In this document: in pieces, positions 50,079 through 57,584 of the stretch | How positions within the stretch are numbered: position 1 is the stretch's first letter | Layout of the letters: every line of letters starts with the position of its first letter | DNA from: an uncultured bacterium | GTDB taxonomy: Bacteria; Fidelibacterota; UBA2242 | Assembly (NCBI GenBank): GCA_964546145.1 | Contig: CAZJIU010000003.1 | Coordinates: 1 to 57,584 of the forward strand | DNA length: 57,584 bases | Reading direction: 5' to 3' | The notes under the pieces: generated by a model | Databases searched by the model: none | Told to the model about the DNA's origin: nothing | What the model saw: the letters and a program-made list of their open reading frames with translations, nothing else | Translations under genes and position numbers: made by a program

Positions 50079-50489
50079 ATGAAACAATTATCCTTTGGGG
50101 CATTGATATTTTCATTAATAACATTTCTTTCGGCTCAAGGCACGGTCCAGGTATCAAGTGTTGTAGTCCGGCAATTGGATAACAATATAATCCGCATTAC
50201 AGTCGAGGTTGCCAACCAAACCAAACGTGAAGTCAGCGAAATCGCCGGCTATATTGATATTTACGATAATTCCGAGCGAGTCACAGAAAAGAAATTTTTA
50301 CAGATTCTCCATGATTATGAGGTTCCCCTGCGTCCCTCCGAATCAAAATCACGGAGCGTGGTCCTAACCCAGCGACCAAATATGTCCGGTACGGCGCGTT
50401 ATCGGATTACTCTCCTGCGTTTTTTTGGTGAAAAGGATCTCTATATGGTCTGCCCCGAATGCGGGGAAATTATTCCGAAAGACGAATAG
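50079..50489 (+). CDS. Hypothetical exported protein (start at MKQLSF)
   Basis: Signal peptide ...FLSAQG. A single C-terminal CPECG. No family recognised. Confidence 0.45.
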   Translation: MKQLSFGALIFSLITFLSAQGTVQVSSVVVRQLDNNIIRITVEVANQTKREVSEIAGYIDIYDNSERVTEKKFLQILHDYEVPLRPSESKSRSVVLTQRPNMSGTARYRITLLRFFGEKDLYMVCPECGEIIPKDE

Positions 50490-50939
50490 CTAATCCTTCA
50501 TAAAGGTCTTAACTAACTCGTTAATCCACTTCTGACTATCCCGAATATATTTGTTTATTTCATCCGGCGAGCGATTCATCTGAATCATAATCGTAGCAAT
50601 TAACGCACTGGGAAGTGGCAGATATTTTATCGTATTATCCTGATAAAAACTATCAAGTCCGGTGATCAACGAACGCATTTCAGCCGGCTCGATCAAATCG
50701 GTAAATACCGAATCCGGACAGGATTTGGCAAAATTCATTGCTTTTACTCGATAAAACAATTTAGCATCGAATAAACCGCTGAGATAGGCGCTCTTGATCC
50801 AGTACCGGTACTCCGGATATTCCCGGGTTACATAATCAATCTTTTGCCAATCGTAGCCATCCCAGAATAACTTCCGTTCTTGCGCCTTTAGCTGAACCAA
50901 CACCAGCATTATTATTAATCCAATAACTGCCTTCTTCAT
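50490..50939 (-). CDS. Hypothetical exported protein
   Basis: 149 aa. Signal peptide ...LKAQE. No family recognised. Confidence 0.45.
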   Translation of the reverse strand: MKKAVIGLIIMLVLVQLKAQERKLFWDGYDWQKIDYVTREYPEYRYWIKSAYLSGLFDAKLFYRVKAMNFAKSCPDSVFTDLIEPAEMRSLITGLDSFYQDNTIKYLPLPSALIATIMIQMNRSPDEINKYIRDSQKWINELVKTFMKD

Positions 50940-50973
50940 AATCTTTCCTCATATATTCGGTTTTGGTATAATT

Positions 50974-51792
50974 TCATTCCGCCAACAACTTTTTTGTAAG
51001 AGTCAGAAACTGATTGTACAATTTGCCCAGTTCCGGCGATTGCTGCAATAATTGACGATGTTTCTGAATCGTCTTACGATCACCTCTGACCGCCGGTCCG
51101 CTCAGAGAATCGGCAATTGGCTGATTCCAGGCTTTTTCGAGAGCTTGCTGCGGCAGCCTTTCTAATAAAACATGGAATGTTTCCGAATCAATACTCCACT
51201 GATTAGCAAACCGTTTCAACGCCTGCACCAATACAGTCAGGTAGTTATTGAGAAATACTGCTGCTACATGAACCAGCTCCTTTTGATCGGAACGAAGAGC
51301 AACACCTCGCCCACCAATTTCCACAGCAAGACGAATCAGGTCTTCCTGAATTTGTCCTTCGCAACTAAAAACCGTTCCCGGAATTATCTTAATACCAGTA
51401 GCTATGTCAGGTATACCAATTAAGGGATGAAAAGAACCCGCTTCAAATCCTGCCTCGTGAAGTGGTTTCAAAATTGCCGAATCCCATGCTCCGGAAGTGT
51501 GGAATACTTTTATCCCTTCTGCAGATTTCATAAAACCGGCTAATCTGCTGGCAATATTACCAATGATGTCATCCCGAACAGCAATGACAATCCACTGACA
51601 ATCCCTGGGAATCGCTGATAAACGGATAGAACTTTTGTCAAACTTAATATAGCTCAGGGCTTTATGAACCGAATCACTATTCCGACTCCAGACAAATGCA
51701 GGTTTGTAGCCAGCTTTCACCAGATGCCAGGCGAGCGAGATACCAGTTCGACTGGCACCAATTAAACTAAAGGAAGATTCTGGTTTTTGCAC
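50974..51792 (-). CDS. Rossmann-fold protein with a DUF2520-like C-terminal domain (ProC/ApbA-like oxidoreductase)
   Basis: 272 aa. FSLIGASRTGISLAWHL dinucleotide-binding N-terminus. Confidence 0.45.
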   Translation of the reverse strand: MQKPESSFSLIGASRTGISLAWHLVKAGYKPAFVWSRNSDSVHKALSYIKFDKSSIRLSAIPRDCQWIVIAVRDDIIGNIASRLAGFMKSAEGIKVFHTSGAWDSAILKPLHEAGFEAGSFHPLIGIPDIATGIKIIPGTVFSCEGQIQEDLIRLAVEIGGRGVALRSDQKELVHVAAVFLNNYLTVLVQALKRFANQWSIDSETFHVLLERLPQQALEKAWNQPIADSLSGPAVRGDRKTIQKHRQLLQQSPELGKLYNQFLTLTKKLLAE

Positions 51793-53039
51793 ACCAGCTC
51801 CTGTTTCAAAACCTGCTTCAGCCAGTTCCAGACCCGTCGGTAGCAGAGAAAATCCAGCTGCACCGAACCATCATAATAACTCTCATTTAATACCCAGCTA
51901 TTATCGCGAATCAGGGCAATTGGCTTGACCTGATCCAATGGTAATTTCAAGTTAATCCGCTGCTCCTCTTCATGAAGTTTAGCCAATATTCGAGTGCGCA
52001 GATCGTCAACCTTCAACTGTTTAAGAGCCGATAAGTAAATAGCTTCCGGATATTCCCGGATTACCTGCTGGTAAATGTCACTATCCATCTGGTCAATTTT
52101 ATTAAAAACCGTCAAGTTTGGCTTGGGATATAAATTTAACTGGATCAGGACCTCGTCAACCGTTTTCAGATGTTCCAAACAAAACGGATTGCTGATATCA
52201 ATAACCTTAATGATCAGGTCAGCCTGCTGAGCCTCTTTCAGGGTACTGCGAAATGAAGCTACCAGATGGGGTGGCAGTTTACGGATAAATCCCACGGTAT
52301 CACTCAGCAGGATTTTATGATGTTGATCAATCTTCCAGATTCTGACGGTAGTATCCAGAGTCGCAAAAAGTTTATCTTCTACCAATATCGAAGAATTGGT
52401 AAAAAGGTTCATCAGAGTTGACTTGCCGGCATTTGTATAACCGACTAAAGCAACCTGGTAAAATCCCTCTCGCCCCTTTCGCTGAACATCCCGTTCCCGG
52501 TCAATCCGCAGCAGCTCTTTCTTGAGATGACCTATCCGCTGGCGAATCAGGCGTCGATCAATCTCGATCTGTTTTTCACCCGCACCACTGCGCATTCGAG
52601 TACCACCTGCTTGACGTTCGAGATGCCGCCAGCGTCGGGCTAAACGCGGTAGCTGATATTCCAAAGTCGCCAGTTCAACCTGGGTTTTGGCTTCTCTGGT
52701 ACGCGCGTGCCGGGCAAAAATATCGAGGATGACTTCACTCCGATTACCTACCTCTATATGCAGCAGCTTTTCCAAATTTCGTGACTGAGTCGGTGACAAA
52801 TCATCGTCAAAAATAACCTTATCTGGATTAAATTGCCCAATTTGACTTTTTAACTCCTCCAGTTTCCCTTTACCCAGATAAGTAGCCGATTCGATTCGGG
52901 ACAGATTTACAACAAATTCACTCCCTGCTTCATATCCCAATGTCCTGACTAAATCATTCAATTCCAAAAGATGATCCATCACGATTTGATGAGATTGGCC
53001 GGGATGAATTAAGCCTACCAATAAAACCCGCTCAGCCAT
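51762..53039 (-). CDS. hflX: GTPase HflX
   Basis: 425 aa. HflX N-terminal domain. GYTNAGKSTLMN, DTVGFI, NKID. Confidence 0.92.
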   Translation of the reverse strand: MAERVLLVGLIHPGQSHQIVMDHLLELNDLVRTLGYEAGSEFVVNLSRIESATYLGKGKLEELKSQIGQFNPDKVIFDDDLSPTQSRNLEKLLHIEVGNRSEVILDIFARHARTREAKTQVELATLEYQLPRLARRWRHLERQAGGTRMRSGAGEKQIEIDRRLIRQRIGHLKKELLRIDRERDVQRKGREGFYQVALVGYTNAGKSTLMNLFTNSSILVEDKLFATLDTTVRIWKIDQHHKILLSDTVGFIRKLPPHLVASFRSTLKEAQQADLIIKVIDISNPFCLEHLKTVDEVLIQLNLYPKPNLTVFNKIDQMDSDIYQQVIREYPEAIYLSALKQLKVDDLRTRILAKLHEEEQRINLKLPLDQVKPIALIRDNSWVLNESYYDGSVQLDFLCYRRVWNWLKQVLKQELVCKNQNLPLV

Positions 53040-55122
53040 TCAGAATTTTACCTCTCAATTTGCGATTTGCCCGACCGAGATAACTTTCGAACAGCGCCAG
53101 CACGAATACTATTAGAATCAACCAGTCACTGTACTCACGAGCTTGATGCAACGGCGACCCGGATTCTGAATCACCGACTGAATAGAAATCCATCCGACCC
53201 GGATTCTGGGAGATCAGCTTCTTAAAATCAGTCTCCTCCAAAAAGAGCGGACTGCTCTCCTCTGCTGGATTATTAACCACAACCCCTTTAACTACCTGAC
53301 CCTTTGAAGTGATAAAATAAATTCCCGGCTTCTCGGTTTCATAAAAAGAGAGCCGCCCGGTCTGTTTATCGGTAATTACCTTTATGGAACGTCCATCAGG
53401 AGTTAGAATATTCAGGGCTTCCGTCTCACTACGTAGCAGTGCAACCCGGACAGTGTCCCCGACATTATATTCCGGCTCTTGCAAACCCTGCCGGGATAGA
53501 TACAAAACCAACCGGTTCATCAAGGTCGGAAACAGACCTGTCAAGGGCAGGTTGGTCCACTCTTGAATCGGCGCGGTAGCCATCAGCAGACCGATTCCTT
53601 TTTCTGTCTGCAATTCAATTAGAAAAGGTGTATTGTCCTCAAAACTGGCAATTGCCGTCTGTCCCTTACCAAGACTAAAGCCGGGAACCAGATAAAAGTC
53701 GGGGGAATAGAGAAGTGACCGGTTTTCCCTCCAGACATTCCTGAAAATCGGATGCTCCGGTTTTATTTTCCCAATTCTTAAAGATTGTCCCGGTTCCGCC
53801 TCCCGGGTCGTGCGCCAGCGCGGGAAACCAAATTGACCACCCCACAGCGAATTAAAATTGGAAGGAGTGCAATCCTTACCGGGAAAAATCAGGAGCCCTT
53901 TGCCCGTATTCAAGAAGTCACGAATCCTCTGGCAAATATTCCCCGGCAGCTGGTCAACATTGGTAAAAATTAGTAAATCCCGGACAGAAAGATCCTCAAC
54001 TCCAAATAGTTCTATGGGCACAATTTTCGTGTCAATATTAGACATCCCTTTAAGACTGAGACTGCGCTGAATATATTCAGCATCCTCGGTAAAGCGGGTT
54101 ACGACCAATACACGAATCCGGGGAGGAATATTCAGTAGAAAAAATCGCAGATTATCAGCCATGAGATTATCGTCGTTAATCTTCACATAACCGGTTAGAA
54201 ATCCGGTTTTACCGGGGATAAATTCGAATTGAACTTCCGCCTGACCTTTGCCGGAAATACTCAGCAAGGATTGACCCCGTTTCTGATCATTTAAGAAAAG
54301 AGCAATAGGTGTTTCCAGGATTGATTCCCCCCAGTTTACAACCCTAGCCTGTACGGTAGCAATGCGTTCACTCTCCAGAATCTGACTGGGAATTTCGGCT
54401 TGTGCCAAAGCAGCATTGTTTTTGTCTCCAAACACGGGGAAAAAGATGACTCTGGCACTGGTTTGTTTAAAAAGAGACTGAATTGCAGGAACTGGCAAGT
54501 CGGCACTTTGCCATGAGGATTTCTGGAAATCAGTAACGACCCAGACTGCCGGATTCAATTCATGATGAAGGCGAATATCCTGTTGGATGTTTCGAAGTGC
54601 ATAATCTAATCTTCCCCACTGATTAGTCGGTTTGATGGATTGCATTAACTTCGTTAAAGATGACAAGTCTGTTACCAGGCCGCAATCCTGAACGTTGCCT
54701 CCGGCAACCGATTCGATCAGCTTAACATAAACTGGAAAATCAATATTTTCTCCGGCTGACAGGACGGCTTCGACTCCCTTGCTGAGCAGATTTGCGCCCC
54801 GTGTTTCACCTTGCATCGAGAGCGAGTTATCTATCAGTAAATATAGCGTCTCGCCCCGGCCAACATAGATACCCGCCGATTCGATTGTACGATAAGGTCT
54901 GGCAAATACCAGAATAACTAACAACACTAAGAGCATTCGTAAAATCAACAGGATTAGCTGGCGAATCTTGAGCTTCCGAATCAGGTTTTGCTCGAGCTGA
55001 TGCAGAAAGCGTAGCGTGCTAAATTCCTGCCGATAAAACCTTTGCCGACCAATAAGATGGATTACCACGGGAATCAAAACCAGCGGCAATAGATAAAGAA
55101 AGAATGAATTGATGAAAGACAT
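53032..55122 (-). CDS. BatA-type N-terminal double-TM anchor + vWA-like domain protein with a C-terminal TM segment
   Basis: 696 aa. FFLYLLPLVLIPVVIHLIGRQR (aerotolerance-regulator N-terminal pattern). LLIDNSLSM (DxSxS MIDAS). Confidence 0.55.
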   Translation of the reverse strand: MSFINSFFLYLLPLVLIPVVIHLIGRQRFYRQEFSTLRFLHQLEQNLIRKLKIRQLILLILRMLLVLLVILVFARPYRTIESAGIYVGRGETLYLLIDNSLSMQGETRGANLLSKGVEAVLSAGENIDFPVYVKLIESVAGGNVQDCGLVTDLSSLTKLMQSIKPTNQWGRLDYALRNIQQDIRLHHELNPAVWVVTDFQKSSWQSADLPVPAIQSLFKQTSARVIFFPVFGDKNNAALAQAEIPSQILESERIATVQARVVNWGESILETPIALFLNDQKRGQSLLSISGKGQAEVQFEFIPGKTGFLTGYVKINDDNLMADNLRFFLLNIPPRIRVLVVTRFTEDAEYIQRSLSLKGMSNIDTKIVPIELFGVEDLSVRDLLIFTNVDQLPGNICQRIRDFLNTGKGLLIFPGKDCTPSNFNSLWGGQFGFPRWRTTREAEPGQSLRIGKIKPEHPIFRNVWRENRSLLYSPDFYLVPGFSLGKGQTAIASFEDNTPFLIELQTEKGIGLLMATAPIQEWTNLPLTGLFPTLMNRLVLYLSRQGLQEPEYNVGDTVRVALLRSETEALNILTPDGRSIKVITDKQTGRLSFYETEKPGIYFITSKGQVVKGVVVNNPAEESSPLFLEETDFKKLISQNPGRMDFYSVGDSESGSPLHQAREYSDWLILIVFVLALFESYLGRANRKLRGKILNG

Positions 55123-55136
55123 ATTTAAGCGAGTGC

Positions 55137-55718
55137 TTAGATCAGAAAATACATTACTAACGCCGACAAGGAAGGAATTGTCAGATTATCGTCGAAGCGC
55201 CAGGGAATCAGTTCCAAGATACTGGCAGCACAGGCACCGATCAATTTTACCCAAAAAGGAATATGCGGAACCCACCAGGTTACCAACAAGCTGGACAGAA
55301 TAAAAGCCAGAGTGCCTTCCATGGTTTTCTGCCTCCAAATTCTAATCTGTCCAAATGACATTCCAATCAGGCAGGCAGTAGAATCGCCTACCGTTAGAAA
55401 TAACAGGGCTACGACAGCAATCGGTTTGGGAAATAACCAGACGACCATAAACGAACCCAAAAAAACATAAGAAGCCCCGGTCAGGTTATTCTGATGCTCA
55501 TGAGGGCGAGTCAAATCACCAAAAATCCGTAAATATAATTCTCGCAAATTGGGAATAATCATTCTTGACAATTCCGCTATCATAATACTACCAGTCAAGA
55601 TACCAAGAATGATAATCGCAATCCGCTTGTCAACCAGGAAATGGTAAATTAGAGGAATCAAAGTCGCGGTATAGTGGATTGCTTTACGACCTCGTTCTCC
55701 TCTGGGGATTTCACGCAT
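55137..55718 (-). CDS. CTP_transf_1-family membrane protein (polyprenol/diacylglycerol kinase or CDS-like)
   Basis: 193-aa polytopic protein with the TVGDSTACLIGMSFGQ motif. Confidence 0.5.
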   Translation of the reverse strand: MREIPRGERGRKAIHYTATLIPLIYHFLVDKRIAIIILGILTGSIMIAELSRMIIPNLRELYLRIFGDLTRPHEHQNNLTGASYVFLGSFMVVWLFPKPIAVVALLFLTVGDSTACLIGMSFGQIRIWRQKTMEGTLAFILSSLLVTWWVPHIPFWVKLIGACAASILELIPWRFDDNLTIPSLSALVMYFLI

Positions 55719-56361
55719 TAATCAACTTCTCCGATAATAACCTGTAGGAAACACCAGGATCCTTTGCTGAAAAGATTGCCGAACCCGCTACAAATAAATC
55801 GGTTCCGGCAGCCTTGACAACAGCCAGAGTGCGAAGGTGGATCCCGCCATCCACTTCAATCAGAAAGTTATATTTTTGTTGATAAGGCTTGGCGAGAGTA
55901 ACCTTAGTCAGAGCTTTTTTAATCATCGCCTGCCCACCAAATCCGGGATTAACCGTCATAACCAGCAGATGATCAATATATTCCAAATAATTTTCAATGG
56001 CAGCAAAAGGTGTTGGGGGATTTAAGACCAATCCGGCTTTAGCCCTCAGATCGCGAATATGCTGTAAATTTTCGATAATATTCTCATTATTCTCTACATG
56101 GATAATCACTGTATTGGTACCGGCTTTGATAAACTTATCAATATAATTTTCTGGATTGGCAATCATCAAATGCGATTCCAAGTGGAGTTTAGTAATTTTC
56201 CGGATTGCTGCAACGATGAACGGACCGATGGTAATATTCGGCACAAAATGACCATCCATAATATCCAGATGCAAGCGTCGGGCACCGGCTCGCTCGACCG
56301 CCTGAATCTCCTCTTTGAGGCGGGTAAAATCAGCCGATAACAATGAGGGTACAATTTCCAT
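55711..56361 (-). CDS. rpe: Ribulose-phosphate 3-epimerase
   Basis: 216 aa. PSLLSADF, HLDIMDGHFVPN, VDGG. Confidence 0.95.
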   Translation of the reverse strand: MEIVPSLLSADFTRLKEEIQAVERAGARRLHLDIMDGHFVPNITIGPFIVAAIRKITKLHLESHLMIANPENYIDKFIKAGTNTVIIHVENNENIIENLQHIRDLRAKAGLVLNPPTPFAAIENYLEYIDHLLVMTVNPGFGGQAMIKKALTKVTLAKPYQQKYNFLIEVDGGIHLRTLAVVKAAGTDLFVAGSAIFSAKDPGVSYRLLSEKLINA

Positions 56362-56367
56362 AAAATT

Positions 56368-57111
56368 TTACTCCGGATGAGATGCGATGGTTACTTCAAG
56401 ATTGATGGGAACTGGATTATCAAGAAGCGTGCCCCATTCTGGATTCTGGCGGATAACCGTATAAGCTACCAGTTCGTCGTTTGGAATATAACGAATCGTC
56501 CCAATTTTGAATCCGGCTTTACGGATAGCGGCTTTGGCTTCATCAAGATTCATTCCAAACAGGTCGGGAACTTCCAGCTGACTCGGCGGTAGTCCCTTAC
56601 TAATCACTAACTCAAGAGTATCTTTGGAGGAAACCATCAGCCCCGGACGAATGGATTGACGTGTTACGACACCAGGCGGTTTGTCGGAGGAAAATTCTTC
56701 GGTGGTTGAACTGACATTCAGATGCTGGCGATCCAGCTCTAATTGAGCTGCTTTGAGTACCTTACCAACCAGGTTCGGCATCGGGAAAAAACGCTCTCCG
56801 CTGGTAATCACTAAACGAACTATCCGCCCTTGCTTTACCGCTGCTCCCGGTAAGGGTTGTTGATCTATAACAGTCTCAGGCGGCAGCTCGGTGTTTTCAA
56901 GGGTATCAACGGCGATTGCTTGAAATCCCAATTCCAACAAAATATTCTTAGCTTCGGTATAGGAGCTATCACGTACATCAACCATTGTTAGCTCCTTGCC
57001 GTGAGATACGTACCGCGGCAATACAAACTGATCCATCGTTACAACAAAAATTAGGGTAACAATAAAGAAGATAATTAGAAACCTGAACCAGTTATGCAAT
57101 TTGACTGTCAT
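56368..57111 (-). CDS. Membrane-anchored protein with three PASTA domains and no kinase or PBP domain
   Basis: 247 aa. N-terminal TM segment, then three PASTA units (VDVRDSSYTEAKNILLELGF, MPNLVGKVLKAAQLELD, VPDLFGMNLDEAKAAIRKAGF). Confidence 0.75.
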   Translation of the reverse strand: MTVKLHNWFRFLIIFFIVTLIFVVTMDQFVLPRYVSHGKELTMVDVRDSSYTEAKNILLELGFQAIAVDTLENTELPPETVIDQQPLPGAAVKQGRIVRLVITSGERFFPMPNLVGKVLKAAQLELDRQHLNVSSTTEEFSSDKPPGVVTRQSIRPGLMVSSKDTLELVISKGLPPSQLEVPDLFGMNLDEAKAAIRKAGFKIGTIRYIPNDELVAYTVIRQNPEWGTLLDNPVPINLEVTIASHPE

Positions 57112-57120
57112 TTATAATCC

Positions 57121-57584
57121 TTAATCTCTCCTACTTAGATTCTCATGAACCAACCGAACCGCTAAACTGCCGGTTTGTTGATGAATAAACGGCAAGACCT
57201 GCACCGCCTCCCGTTGTGAGCACCAATCATGCTCGACAAACTGACCTGCCGGCTCAATTCTAAACCTTGGATGACTGCTTAAAAACCAATCCACATTCTC
57301 CCAATTCTCCTCTTTTTCCAAGGAACAGGTGCTGTAAACTAAAATCCCACCGGGTTTCACATAGGTCGCCATGTTTTCTAAAATCTGACGTTGCTTAATT
57401 GCCAAACTCTTAATTTCTCCCAACTTCCGATTCCAGCGCAAATCCGCCCGGCGTGCCAACACCCCCGTTCCTGAACAGGGTACATCTATCAATATCTTAT
57501 CGGCTTGAGGAAAACGACCTTTCCGGGCATCGGCTATGCCGTAATTTACGAAATCAATCCCTAAACGGAAGGCTTCATTTTGCA
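57121..57584 (-). CDS. rsmB: 16S rRNA (cytosine-C5)-methyltransferase RsmB/Sun-family, C-terminal part (5' end beyond the window)
   Basis: The frame stays open to the window edge (…NEAFRLGIDFVNYGIADARKGRFPQADKILIDVPCSGTG…). DVPCSGTG and YSTCS motifs. Confidence 0.8.
   Translation of the reverse strand, partial: QNEAFRLGIDFVNYGIADARKGRFPQADKILIDVPCSGTGVLARRADLRWNRKLGEIKSLAIKQRQILENMATYVKPGGILVYSTCSLEKEENWENVDWFLSSHPRFRIEPAGQFVEHDWCSQREAVQVLPFIHQQTGSLAVRLVHENLSRRD

Noticed and set aside
50487-50492. Two convergent hypothetical genes share the palindrome TAGCTA, so their stop codons abut with zero intergenic space.
   Set aside because: It is real but trivial. It only implies there is no room for a terminator, and it is likely a chance outcome of compact packing.

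Overview
This is a 57.6-kb piece of a diderm bacterial chromosome. By eye it is about mid-40s % GC (hand-sampled, not computed). About 52 protein genes are tightly packed and all but two run on the minus strand. The only plus-strand genes are tRNA-Ser(GCU), rpsT and one small hypothetical. Many genes are coupled by 1-, 4-, 8- or 11-nt overlaps.

The backbone is housekeeping:
- Translation and RNA modification: lepA, rpsT, hflX, rimO, mtaB, rsmB (cut by the window edge).
- Metabolism: nadD, rpiB-glyA-nrdR, purH-purN, a deoxynucleoside kinase, guaB-hutH, rpe.
- Cell shape: mreB-mreC-mreD-mrdA-rodA.
- Envelope and export: waaA, a GT9 heptosyltransferase-like gene, a polyprenyl synthase, tatC.

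BamD, WaaA, a T9SS C-terminal sorting domain, a PorV/PorQ-like barrel and a TTTG/TAnnTTTG-type promoter upstream of rpsT point to an FCB-superphylum-like organism. I cannot place the phylum.

The parts that look unusual:
1. An outer-membrane operon at 8116-17400. It encodes a PorV-like barrel, a T9SS-tagged M6-like protein whose HExxH zinc site has become LMMGY, and a 1017-aa protein. That protein combines an intact HExxH zincin, PD40 propeller blades and an Omp85-type barrel with the RGY loop-6 motif, with no recognisable POTRA. A membrane protein and bamD follow.
2. A single ORF that fuses an intact CDP-alcohol phosphatidyltransferase (PgsA-like) domain to the SRP receptor FtsY.
3. A visibly AT-rich single-gene island between lepA and nadD, encoding an AlbA_2/Schlafen plus HATPase_c_4-type protein.
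4. Two ECF-type ABC ATPases with no membrane component nearby.
5. A kinase-less PASTA protein sitting between rsmB and rpe.
6. A glycogen-synthase N-domain-only protein lacking the KTGGL motif, inside a second envelope gene cluster.

I saw no rRNA, CRISPR array, transposase or integrase. All product names rest on motif recognition by eye; no database search or HMM scan was run.
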